Positions 34,526-45,934 of a stretch of 64,000 nucleotides of DNA are shown here, one piece after another. Position 1 is the stretch's first letter. Every line of letters begins with the position of its first letter. This stretch comes from Squalus acanthias. Its lineage: Eukaryota. The stretch lies in contig CM059432.1 of assembly GCA_030390025.1 (NCBI GenBank), forward strand, positions 77,378,001 to 77,442,000. Reading direction: 5' to 3'. Made by a program: the position numbers and the translations under genes. The notes below the pieces were generated by a model, which saw only the letters and a list, made by a program, of their open reading frames with translations, did no database searches and was not told the origin of the DNA.

Positions 34526-37023
34526 CACCACCAAAATCACCTCATACTGGATTTGTACTGGTTTTTCCCACGCTCTGTTATCTACAAAACACAATTATTA
34601 CAGTTACAAGTTATCATTCAGTCTTACAATCATTTCACGTGACATTACAGTTTAACATCTAATCAACAAATCATGGGCTTAAAAGATTTACCAGATCTCT
34701 TTCACTGTATCCATCTTGTGGATAATTCTTGCATGATTTCTCCTTAGCCCTCAATTGTCCCAATCCAAATTCTTCAACTTCAATTTCAATCCCTCTAACA
34801 GGTACCAGTATGTTTAACTCTATTCTGATTGTTTCATTAATTAGATAGTTTCTCGATGGAGTATGTGTCAATGCTTTAAAAGTTGTTTCTCTCTCCTGAG
34901 CCACATTAACCATTTCATGTCTTGCTGTTGTCAAGTAACTGAGCATGTCTGAGACCCGTTCTTCAGCGCAAATTCACCATGCATTTCCATAAGATAATTG
35001 CTTCATTTGTAACAAATCACATTTGCACACTCATACCGGTATCTCAATATCATGCCACATGTGCCATCCAATACAAGCCATTTTCGGGCTTTCAGGTATC
35101 TTATCAAAAGATTGTAGTCATCTGGAAACCTTTGTTCACCTTCCTCTGCAGGGTCCCGATGTCTTGGGTAGTGGCCGGACTATCAAATTCAGTTTTCTTA
35201 AAAGGTTCATTATAGGCAGGGACACAAATGTCTCCAAGAGAAAGCTATCAATTTACTATTCGTAACTACACTTTCCTGACTTTCACTAGAAAGTTTTGAA
35301 AATTCCCATTCAGTAGTGTTTCAATCTTACACCCTCAATCACTTCCTCTCTCCATTTTGCACATCCCATTAATTACCATTCATATCTCTGTCATGAGCCC
35401 TGGAGAAACTTTACTGTCCAGTACAATATTTAAGATTGAAAACATAGATCAAATGTTCTCACTTAGTCCAAGTTATTATCACTTTTTATATATTATTATT
35501 TTAGAGGATCTTTTATTTTCCCAAAAGTAACCAAATATATAGTGCCTGAGTCCATTTTGTCATTTCAAAATTATCCCAAAATCCAAACAGCAGTACTGTT
35601 GAACTGATAGGTTTTGTCAATGTTCAATTTCATTTCTATCCAATTTATCTTATCAATTCCAATTTCAGAAACAAGTGATTCCAGGCTAGGTGGCTTACAC
35701 AGTGTTTTAACATTAAAGACAGAAATGCTGCATTTAGTTTACAAGGTAACTTCCATATAACAAAAGAAAGACTCCATTGTGACTCTGCTTAAGAGCCCAA
35801 GGGGTTAATTTATCAAATCATAATTTTCCTTCTGTCACTGTGGGGAAATATTAACTTAAAATTAAGAAACTTAAATTTAATAATGTCCAATATCTTTAAA
35901 TTTCATTCAGCAATACTAAAGTTGTTGCTTGGTGAACTTAAACAGCTGTCAGTGGAAAGGGTTAACTCGTTTGCAGGTTTTAAGAAGGCGGAGCGAAACA
36001 TTGTCAGGCACACGCAATTGCGTCACTTCACGTAAATTTAAAAAAACTTTCCCGATCGAAAAAGACAGTTGTGTAACTAAACATGAATAGAACAGATAAA
36101 ACAAAACAAAATAGCACATGCTTGCAGAAAACAGTAAATTACGTCATATTTCTTATTGTCCTTTCTTCAGATGCCTTTCCAAATGACTGTAAAAACATTG
36201 AATACAACTGGAGAAAAATTAGTTTTTCACATTTAAACAAATCAAATCAAACTGCCTTGGAAATTTCACCATAGCAACCGCCACTCCAAGGTTAAATTTT
36301 AGACTGAAACTTAATCTTTTGTTAAACAAACTTTTTGTTGTTCTCCTCAGTTTTTACACACCAGCTAAACTTAAATTGTAGTTCAAAGTTTTTTTTTCAA
36401 TTCTGGGTGCACAATCTTATTCGCACATTCTTAAACTTCCAAAATCCAAGACAAGACAAAAGTTTTTAAAAGCTTTTTTTTTACACAGAGAAGTGGGTGG
36501 AGCTAAAACACACACAACAGACATTCTTTTAAAGACAGACTTTTCAGACAAAAGGAATACCGTAACTTCTTAAACATTTATAATCAGGAAAACTTTCACA
36601 CTTTAACACACACTTTCACACAAACTGAAATTCCAGATTTTTTTTTAGGTTCCTTAACTCAGCAATCTTGTGTTTTATTTGTCTCGGCACAGACATTAAT
36701 AACTTCCATGTCGGTAAAACTTTCGGTTTCTCTCTCTTTTTTTTCTTTTTTTAAATCGGCGTCTCAGCAACTTAGGGGTTACTTGAGTTCTAGTTAGGAC
36801 ACTAACTGGTTTCTCAATATATGCGGAACCGTCCAGCGGGGGTTTTTCCATGTCACTGCTGACAAAGGCTACGGGGGCTGCCGTAGGAGGAGGTGGTAAG
36901 GGAGGATATAATTCTCCCTCAGACAGAGGTAGGGATTATGTCGGCAGTGCTATCTGCTCAGGCTTCTTTATAGCAAACACCGAGTGGGCGTCTGAAATTT
37001 GCACTATATCTCCCGGTTTAGAC

Positions 37024-37410
37024 TCAACCCACAAACAGTTCTGATTGCAATCTATAATGGCTGTCATTCCCCGTAGGGTGGGTGTCATTGCCAAGTATTC
37101 CCATTTCGTTGATCATACACATATATAACGGATCAGTGATTTTTATGGGGAATGTACCTAGGAAAATACTAACTTCCTTTCCCGGGTATGCTGGTACCTG
37201 TGCGCCAGTGACTCCTGTTATTATGAAGCTACTTTTGCCTATTTCAAGCTGGCATTCAGGGTCTGGGGAATGCAGGATTGTAACAGATGAACCGGTGTCT
37301 ATTAGCACAGTCTGCTGTCGGCCCCCAGGCAGCAAAGCTGAGACCACCGGTCGACCATGGCCATCTCGTCTGAACCCCACTTCAGACCAGGCCGGTGGGG
37401 CCGGATCCCA
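37024..37410 (-). pseudogene. pro: Retroviral-type aspartic protease, in frame after the gag TGA
   Basis: VLIDTGSSVT active site, ITGVTG flap, GILGND. Confidence 0.9.
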
Positions 37411-39297
37411 TCATTGTGGGCCGTTGGGTTGTTGGGGCAATGGTGGGGACGGGAATGACGAGCTCATAGTTGGAGCCACGGGGCACCCCGACATCTTTGT
37501 CAATGCAAGAGTTTGCATAATACATGATACTCTCTCCATACATGAGCCTAGGGCGTCTATTTTACTTTCCATTGGATCGGGTGTACAGGACGGACCATAT
37601 CGCGAGTAATTATTATTATTCCTCCCACCTCCAGAGCCTGTCTGTCTAGGACCTCGGCAATCCTTTGCAAAGTGTCCCACCTTTCCGCAGTTATAACATA
37701 TCAAGGGTTGCTTACAGGGTGGTGATGCTGGGTGGGCCTGGGGTCCCTCAACTACATGCACTGACGTCTCTGCTGTTGGTACCTGAACCTGAGTTTTAGC
37801 GTAGGCCCATGCAGCGTTAGCATCTCTTAAAAGGTCTGTCCATTGCGAGTTGTGGCTGACAGTGTGCCCTAAGTCTGCTCGCAGTGAGGCCTGAATATTC
37901 TTTAAGTACATTTTCTCAAATGCTGCCTCATTCTTCCCGTTTAAGACATTACCATTGGGGCGTGCCTGCATCATCTCATAAACAGTGTACAACCGATCCC
38001 CGAATGTAGCAGGGGTCTCATGAGACCCTTGTTGAGACTGGTTTACTTTCTGAACCAGATCAATAGAGTCCAAGCCCAGAGCTGTTTGTATAGTTGTGAT
38101 TAAGTTATTCAGGGGGTTCCCCACATTGAAGGCCATGAAGGGCAGACTAGTTCGTAGGTCCGGGGTCAAGGCAGACAGTATAACATTTTTCATGTCACTG
38201 TCCTCAAAATTAGGATGGTAATTCCGGAACCCCATTATACGTTGCCTTAGCTCTATGGGGCATGTTCGTGGGTTAACTGGTCCAAATTGCTGGACACATG
38301 CCTGTAGTTCTGCATAGTTCAGGGGTTGGGATCATTCATAAGTACCCGCCCATAACATTCCCGGGTGAGCTGCCACTGCTTGTGCTCCTGCTTGTACCTG
38401 GTCACCGTCAACAGCTGGTGACGTGTTAGGAATCACCTGGATACAAGTCAGAACATTAACTGGGGCTTTAAAGGGTGCAGGCTCGTCCACTGAGGTTTTT
38501 ATGATATTGTTATCAGCATAGGCTGGGGGCCTCTTAGCCAGGTCGATGGTGGTATACGAAACGGGGGCCTTTTGGGAAGGGTGTAGTAAGGGAGGATATA
38601 GTTCTCCGCTGATCTCCTCGCATTGTTTATCATAACTCACAGGGGGGTCTACTCCCGTGACTGCCGCTATTACAGCCTGTGGTTTACCCAGCTGGTTTTC
38701 CAACTGTTGTATAGTAATATGACACTGCCTGTGGTCCAACTCCCTTTGGGGGTGCTGAAGAGACTCTCTTAGGGCTCCTCGTGAATTATTTAATTGTCTG
38801 GTAAGATGGTCATTGTCTTTTGTTAAGGAGGCTACCTGACACTGAGCCTCCTCAAGGTTCTGCATTGCAGCGCCAGCGTGAACTGCATTAATACTCTGCT
38901 GCTGTATTATTGCTGTCGAAGCACCGACCTGGCCCTGAAGAACTTCAATCTTACTTTTTAACTCTACAGCCTCTTTTTCCAAGTTTGTCTTCTCGCCCGT
39001 TAACGTTTTTGTTATCTCCGTTAACAACAGATTCTCTTCTATCAGCCGTAGCTTGTCTTTTTCTAATTTATCTAACTTGGTTTTATTATTTTCCATCTCT
39101 AGGAGGGTCTCTTTATCTTGCTCTACACAATACACTGCCGCATAGGCCATTAGCTGCACTGCCCTATCTGACTTCCATTTCTTCTCCTTAACTTGTTTCT
39201 CAATGAACGCAACAACGTCCTCAAAGGATACTCTCTTATCCTTTGTTAGACATTCTGCTACTAACGTCTGTAACTGTGCAACCTCGCACTTCCTCAT
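37411..39297 (-). pseudogene. gag: Gag (~628 codons, single internal TGA at 38332-38334)
   Basis: ORFs 38332-39297 and 37411-38235 share a frame with an open 32-codon linker; coiled-coil N-terminus, LYPPL and PPAY, CYNCGKVGHFAKDC. Confidence 0.9.
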
Positions 39298-39467
39298 TAA
39301 CTTCGTTTAAAGTCTACAAAAAAATCTTACTCGACATTCTGCTGTACATTAAAGAGACGCTATCTGTTAAATAACCTAACTTTCCACAAGGACTTTCATA
39401 GAAAAACATAGAAAAATCCAAGCGCCTGCCTTATGCACAATAGACCTGATTTCAGTTAATAGTCACA

Positions 39468-39486
39468 GCCCCATTTTCGGGCGCCA
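39468..39486 (-). other. Primer-binding site, tRNA-Lys type
   Basis: TGGCGCCCGAAAATGGGGC, 3 nt downstream of the LTR terminal CA. Confidence 0.85.
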
Positions 39487-39489
39487 ATC

Positions 39490-40248
39490 TGTAGCTTTCA
39501 AAAGCTCTGAATTAATTTGTCCGTGACTACACAAACCACTCTGGGTACAGGTATATTGTGTATAAGTAAAACAGGTTTATTAAGCATTAAACATCCAGTA
39601 CAAAGAAGTAATACTTAACAAGAAGATAATCGCAGTCTGTTCATCGAACCCCGGCGTTCCTTCCGATTGACTGTGGCACGGTCTCTTTAACTCTTGCTGT
39701 GTTCTGTTGACTGAAGCATCTCATCCTCTGGTTTCGTGCTGCTTTCAGTGTTCAATAGCTGTTCCTTTATACCTTTTTTTCCCTTTCAAAATACATAACA
39801 ACTTGCAGCTGCTTGGGCTATTTCACCATTCTGACCTTCACAAGTACGGTCCATGATTCCCTCCCCTTTTCTGCTGTGAGCTTTGAGTATGAGAACTTTT
39901 ACATCTTTTGCCTTTCCCATAGCCCATTATCTAGACTGGTCTGAAACTTCAGCGATAAGGGATGTTAGGTATTGAAAACCCTCTATCTTACTTTGAGACT
40001 TAATTAATGTTTTGTCCTCTGGTTTCTTGTTTTTAATATAACAGAAAATCTACACTACCTCAGCACTATTCTTGCAGTTATCATAATGTTGGCTTAATTT
40101 TACCATCATGCTTTGGTCTCAGCCATTCGCCATTTTATACAGGCTTTTTAGGTTTTTAACATAGAATTTCACATATTATAGTTATTTAAAAATGGTTATA
40201 GAATCTTAATAATGTTTACTAAATCCTACAGGTGCACTCTATCCTACA
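39490..40248 (-). repeat. 5' LTR (759 bp)
   Basis: TGTAGG...GCTACA; TATAAA at 39766-39771 and AATAAA at 39576-39581 on minus. Confidence 0.96.
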
Positions 40249-41239
40249 GATCCCTCCTTCCTTCTGCTTCCTTCTCTTCGGCTTCTTCCTCTTCTGTTTG
40301 TTCCTCTTCTGCGTCTTCCTCTTCTGCATCTTCCTCTTCCCTCTGTGAGCGGATGCTGTAAATCTGAAATAAAATTAGAAAATGCTGGTCAGGCAGCATC
40401 CACAACCTGAGTCATGGGCCAGGATTTCATTTACCTCGCCAGGTCAGGGGTGAGCGTTGTCGGTGGCGGGTCACGGCCCCGCTGCTGGCACCATCCCACT
40501 GCCTAAATTGAACTTACCTTAATGGGGCTTGTTAAGCCCGCCCAGCGCATTTCCCGGCCCAATTAGTGGAGGCAGGTCTGGTGACATCATTCATGACTTG
40601 TCATCAGCCGATTTCCTTAAAGGGACCATGGCCAACTTTCTTTTGACATTTGTGCTGTCAGTGTTCTACAGCATTGAGGTGCTGCAGACACTGACAATCA
40701 CTGCACAGAGGCAGAGGGCTGCACTCAGGTTCTCCCGTGACTCCCTCCATATGCTGGAGGGAGTCAGAGCATGCAGGGAGATCCTCTTACCTTCTGATGG
40801 GCGGAAGACATCACCACAAGAAACCAAAACAGTCTGGTTGCAGATTGCAGAGGAGGACACAAGCAGGGATGTCATCAGGAGGACCAGGCTGCAGTGGCAC
40901 AAACCTTTCAATGATCTCATTAGATCACGAAGCATTAGTACAAAGCCACAGTCAACCTCACCCTGCTGTGCCTCTCATCACATCCCCATCACGCTGCCTT
41001 CCCTACCCTACTCCTGCACATCCTTACTCACACCAACTTACCTTGTACCTCCACCCATCCCTCTCTATCTACATTATCACTTCCCCATCTCACTCGCCAC
41101 CCCTCACACTCACCCTCATCCTAGTGCAATCATACCAACTAACAACACACAAAGGTAGGCACTTGTGTGTTTTGTCCAATGTTTATGTAAAGTTTCTGTT
41201 ACTGTGCTGTCAAGCATTGAAACCTTTATTTTCAACACT

Positions 41240-41332
41240 AAAAACAGAAAATGCTGGAAATACTCAGCAGGTCAGGCAGCATCTGTGGAGAGAGAAACAG
41301 AGTTAACGTTTCAGGTCGCTGACCCTTCATCA
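41240..41332 (-). mobile_element. 93-bp Penelope-like fragment with a 21-bp flanking duplication
   Basis: GAAACCTTTATTTTCAACACT at 41219-41239 and 41333-41353; insert absent from the homologous site in copy 1 (~19462-19482). Confidence 0.7.
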
Positions 41333-41336
41333 GAAA
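41300..41336 (-). ncRNA. Minimal hammerhead ribozyme core (stem I truncated)
   Basis: CUGAUGA-AGGGUC-AGC-GACCU-GAAA-CGUU-AACUC. Confidence 0.55.
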
Positions 41337-43951
41337 CCTTTATTTTCAACACTTTGCGTTCTTGGACAGATTTTTGTGCACCTTTGGAAGTGGTTTAGTG
41401 AGTTGCAGTGAATGGTGGGACATAACAGTATCTCCAGCAATGGTGATGAGTATGAAAGGAATTGCTTGGTCATTGTAGGGATGTTTTATGGTGTTGGTGT
41501 GGGGTGGTGCCAACCTGGCACATCATGTGGCAGCCAGGGTGTACAGCGTAAAGTTAAGTAAATCTGGCATGATGAGGCCATCCCTGGCCTCCAGGGCAGC
41601 AATGTGCTAATGCCCTCTGTCCTGTGCAGCATCAGGTGATTGTGGAGAAGGTTGGTGTTGTTGTTGGTGCTGCTGGTGTGCCTGCTGCTGGTGTTGGGGC
41701 TCATCACGGTCAGATTCTGAGGACCAAGGTGAGACAGTATAAATGGCACCCATGCTGATGGAATAGATGGCAGGTGAAGTACAGATGACAGAAGCGAACT
41801 GTCAATGGTGAGAGAGGTAATGAGGTGAGACTGGATGGAGACTTGTGGAAAGACTTGCAGCCTAATGATTCTGTTGTGGAAATGCAGTGAGGAACAGCTT
41901 GTGGCTGAGGAAAGTGATCTCTGTCAGGTGGGAGCTTTTACTGTACATTTGAAACTGTCAAGTAATCAGCTGGAGCAATGGCCACGGAGCTCCCGCCTCA
42001 GGTTGACAGACGTGGTCACCGAACAGCGTGGTTCCCGTGGCCATGAAATTAAAGTTAAAAAGTAAGGTAAAAAAGCCTGTTAAGGGTCTGGTAAGTACAT
42101 TATAATTAGTTTAATTGGGTCGCCCACCGCTGCCTGTCAGGTCTGCTCAGCGCTGACAGACCCAACATTGGGGAAGGCGCATTGCGGCGGGTTGACAACG
42201 GATTCCCGACCTGCAGTCAAAAAAAAACTTTCCCACCCGACCCGCCACCGATCCCATCTGCTGACACCCTGGAAAATTCCGGCCGTTAAATCTCCCATGG
42301 ATGTTGCCTGACCTGCTGAGTATTTGCAGCATTTTCTGTCTTCTCAGAGGCCTTACTTTACCATCCGAGGTCTTGCAAGCATCCAGCAGCACTCCCTACT
42401 CACTTAAAAATACTTTTAACATGTATTGCAGCAAGCCACTACTTCAATAAAATCAAAAAAATCCAGTCCAGTAGCTTAAATGCAAACTTACATGAAAGAT
42501 GTGAGTGTCCCTTTAAGAGGAGCTGACAGCGCCTCTGTGAGTCTGCTGAACGTTGGGTTTTCATGGCGAGCTTAGGACCCAGTGCTGAACTTAGCGCTAA
42601 GGTCCTAGTTCGCCGAGGTGACGTTAAGTAGGCATTGCACGCTGACTGACGTCACCCTCTCCCTAATTTAAATTTCCACAGCCACTGCTTTTACCAGCAG
42701 CGCTGCCGGCCCTCGGAAAATGGCGGATGTCGCGGGACCTGCCACCAGCTGGCCAAAGAGCAGCGGCCGCTGTGTTATTGCTAAATTTTGCCAGTTACAG
42801 ATGGGGCAAAACACCCGAATTTTTAGCCCAGAATCCCTTCGTTTTTGATTACCCCACCAGAGGAAATAGTTTCTCTGTATCTACCCTATCGCATCCTTTT
42901 AACATTTTATACACTTCGATCAGATCATCCCTCAATCTTCTATAATCAAGAGAAAGCAAGCCAAGACCATGGCAGGGAAATAAGCCTTTATCTACCAGGA
43001 GAATCCTAAAGAGTGTTTTTCTGGATCTGGGGGTTTGTGAAACTACATTTAAATGTGGTGGCACCTAGACATTAAACATGAGTTAAGCATACAGGGTCAA
43101 AATGTCACCCAAACAAGACTGATTTGATAGTCTTATTTTGTGGGAAAAAAACAGGTTGTTCATAAACCAGTTGCAGAACCCATTTATATCTTTAATTTCT
43201 GTATATTACGTTTGTCAACAACCCAGTACTTTCCAAGCTCTATTAATGGCTATTGTCACACTAGCTCCAGATGGTGCCTACAAAAGGATGGAGATATTAG
43301 AGGAGCGAGGCGAGACTCGTATGACAAAAATACCTGTGTAACTGACAGAACCGAAGTAATAAAAAATGGATGAAACCTGATTTTTCCAAAGGATAGTGAA
43401 GGGAATGGATCTTAGTATATAAGAGGGAAGATGGAATTAAACCGATCTGCGAACAGAACATTTTGCATAATTCAAGCTCTAATCCCCAGAACTTCATGTT
43501 GTCCTCGTACCCTGTGGCAATTGGCCTTTTGGGGTGGAAGGAAGGGTCTTTTGTGGCTCAAGAAGACACCCTGGATACAGAATATCTCTTCCAATTGACT
43601 AATTGACTGCTTGTCAATTGGGGAATATGGCCTAGAAATTGGATATGGCCACAAAACGGGCAGTTATAAGACCGAATGAAGTTAAGCAGCGCCACCTCAA
43701 AATTATCTAGGTAGCACGCAAAATTCATGCTCAGTCCTCATTAACATGATTGTAGTCTTGATTTCAGCGCTAAAACTGCTGCTCATTGGCTTAACGCTCA
43801 ACAGGTGGGCCAATATCGGGTCCAGTCTCATTCCCAGTCATGTTTGCCACAGGCTTTATTTAGTACTTAAAGGGGAGATGCATTGATGCTACAGCACCTC
43901 ATTGTCAGGCCACTCAGAACTATAGCTGCAAGAAGAAGCTAGTGCAAACCC

Positions 43952-45934
43952 ATGGCGGAGCATCAGCAAAGGGAGAGAGCCCGCAGATTTTCCAACGAGA
44001 CTCTTGAGGCATTGGTTGTGGCCATGGAGTAGAGGCGGGCTGTCCTCTTCCCACAGACTGGCAGGAAGCCCTCACCACACACCTTGCGAAGGCTATGGCA
44101 GGAGATAGCCGCTCATGTCACGGCCAGCACTGTGGTGCCAAGGTTGTTCATTCAGTGCCGAAAGAAGTTTAATGACCTCACATGGCAGGTCAAGGTGAGT
44201 GAAGGTTTCAGCAAATGTCATATCCCACCATCTGCGCCACAAGCCTCACACACTGCTCAATGCACCATACCCCCAGCACTCACCTACCAACAATCTCTAC
44301 CTATCACCACTCATACCTCACAATCATAGCTTCATTTCACCCACACAACCTTACCACTGCTGCAACACTCACACCCACATCTCACACCTTGCACACACTG
44401 ACAGCTATTCAACTATGGCAGGCACATCGCCAAAACACATTGCACCGCACTCACTCACAGACTTCTCTTTCTCTTGCAGGCCAAGGTTGTGCATAATCGG
44501 AGGGAGCAGCAGCAGCAGACAGACAGGGAGCAGGCTAACACCCACAGCCTCAGCCAGCTGGAGGAGAGAGTGCTGGACATCATTGGGCAGCAGATCACAG
44601 AGGCCATGGCAACGGGCGAGGTTGAATGCCTTGTGGACAACAACGGTACGCTCATTCCTAATCCTTCTTCTCACATCCCACTTCCCCCTCATCCCACAAT
44701 CTCTTCTCACTTTCAAGCTGCAGATGCTGTATAAATGCATATCTTGCTTCCCGCCGCCCCTCACTATAAACTGACTCTTGTGCCTTTCTGCTTTCAGATA
44801 ATCAACAACAAGCACCTGACTAGCCTGTCCCTGAGGCGATGCACGAGAGCGAGGGAGGAGAAGAAGAAGAAAAAGAAGAAGAAGACACAGAGTCACTGCA
44901 TCTGTCACTCGCAGACACAAGCTCAGAAACTGGCACTGCCTGTACTTTAGAGGCTGGTGCAGAAGCAGGATTTGCACAGGGTGAGGCACCGGGCACGAGT
45001 GACTGCAGCAAGGCCAAAGGGAAAGGGTATCTCGGGGGCCAGCTCCCCGGAGAGCGAGTTCACGCACAAGTTCTGCTGCACAGGACTCAGATGAGGACAT
45101 CGATGGGGTGGCCTTCAGAAGAAGGGTGATGGCCATGCACACCGAATTGCTAGGTGCAATGGCAAGCCTGCCAGAGAGCCTTTTGGCAATGTCAAGGAGT
45201 ATGGAGGAGTCCGCCTCCAACTTTCCATGGGGCTCTACGCAGAGCTTGGATCCCAGGATTTCCAGGCTGGAAATGATGGAAGATTCCTAAAGAGACTGTG
45301 CCGAACCAGACGTGATGGTGCGTGTGATGGGCAATGTCACCGCTGCCATTGCAGCACAGGCGGAAGCGACCCACCATGTTAATGCTGCAGCGGAAGTGCA
45401 GACCGCTGTCATGCAATCTCAGCTTGATGCCACCCATGCTCAGACCGCTGTCATGCAATCTCAGCTTCCTGCCACTCAGACTGCTGCCATCGTGGCTGGG
45501 TTTACCACTGTCGACCGGGGCTTACAGAGTGTCACAGCAGCTCAGCAATCTGTGCTTCAACTGATTGCTCGGAATGCTGAGGTGCCACTCCAGGGGAGTG
45601 GCAGTGGGTCAGTGGAGCAGGACCCTGCTGTCCTCTCTCAGGATGACAGTATTCCTGTTCCTACCCCTGCCATTCCACCATTGCCCTTGCTGCTGCCTGT
45701 CAGCCAGCCCAGGCTGCTGCCGCCCATGCCAAGGTGGTGCAGTCTGCAGGGGGTCTTCTAGGGCCAGAGCTGCTTGAGGTCATCCTGCAAGGTCATCTGA
45801 AGTCTCCCCCACGGAAACTCAGCAGCCTTCCACCAGCCATGCTGCAGCCACTGGGGAGCACTTCGTAGGAGCACTAGGACAGGTAAGCGCACCCGAACGA
45901 TAGGCACTAAGGGATTGCACAAGGGTGATCATTA
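43952..45934 (+). pseudogene. Harbinger Myb/SANT-like gene; exons 43952-44194, 44480-44645, 44798-~45934
   Basis: MAEHQQRERARRFSNETLEALV...LWQEIA...QCRKKFNDLT; GT-AG introns; internal stops. Confidence 0.9.

Larger units (their letters stand above)
33033..40248 (-). mobile_element. Endogenous retrovirus-like provirus: LTR-PBS-gag-pro-(no RT/IN)-env remnant-PPT-LTR
   Basis: Paired TG...CA LTRs, Lys PBS, CCHC knuckle, DTG protease, flanks GTTCCC/GATCCC. Confidence 0.93.
40417..42284 (+). mobile_element. Non-autonomous Harbinger (family B) copy 2 with both termini, inserted in a fold-back Penelope-like repeat (arms ~40360-40402 and ~42295-42345)
   Basis: GGCCAGGATTT / AAAATTCCGGCC ends; Myb exon-1 stub RAALRFSRDSL...WHKPFNDLIR. 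Confidence 0.82.
31628..42829 (+). mobile_element. Harbinger element F, internally deleted; host to the provirus and further nested insertions
   Basis: TIRs GGCCTAGAAATTCG / CGAATTTTTAGCCC (12/14); Myb remnants ~32090-32815 (+); transposase tail ~32960-33032 and 40249-40345 (-). Confidence 0.75.

Noticed and set aside
33033..40248. Assignment as a foamy virus
   Set aside because: A Lys PBS fits, but the CCHC knuckle and in-frame gag-pro junction do not; no RT is available to classify
43140..43620. Coding relic in unique DNA flanking element D
   Set aside because: Short ORFs without recognisable motifs; cannot be supported
44405..45220. 271-aa minus ORF (and similar ORFs such as 21717-22319, 14102-14722, 54802-55479)
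   Set aside because: Antisense shadows of transposon genes
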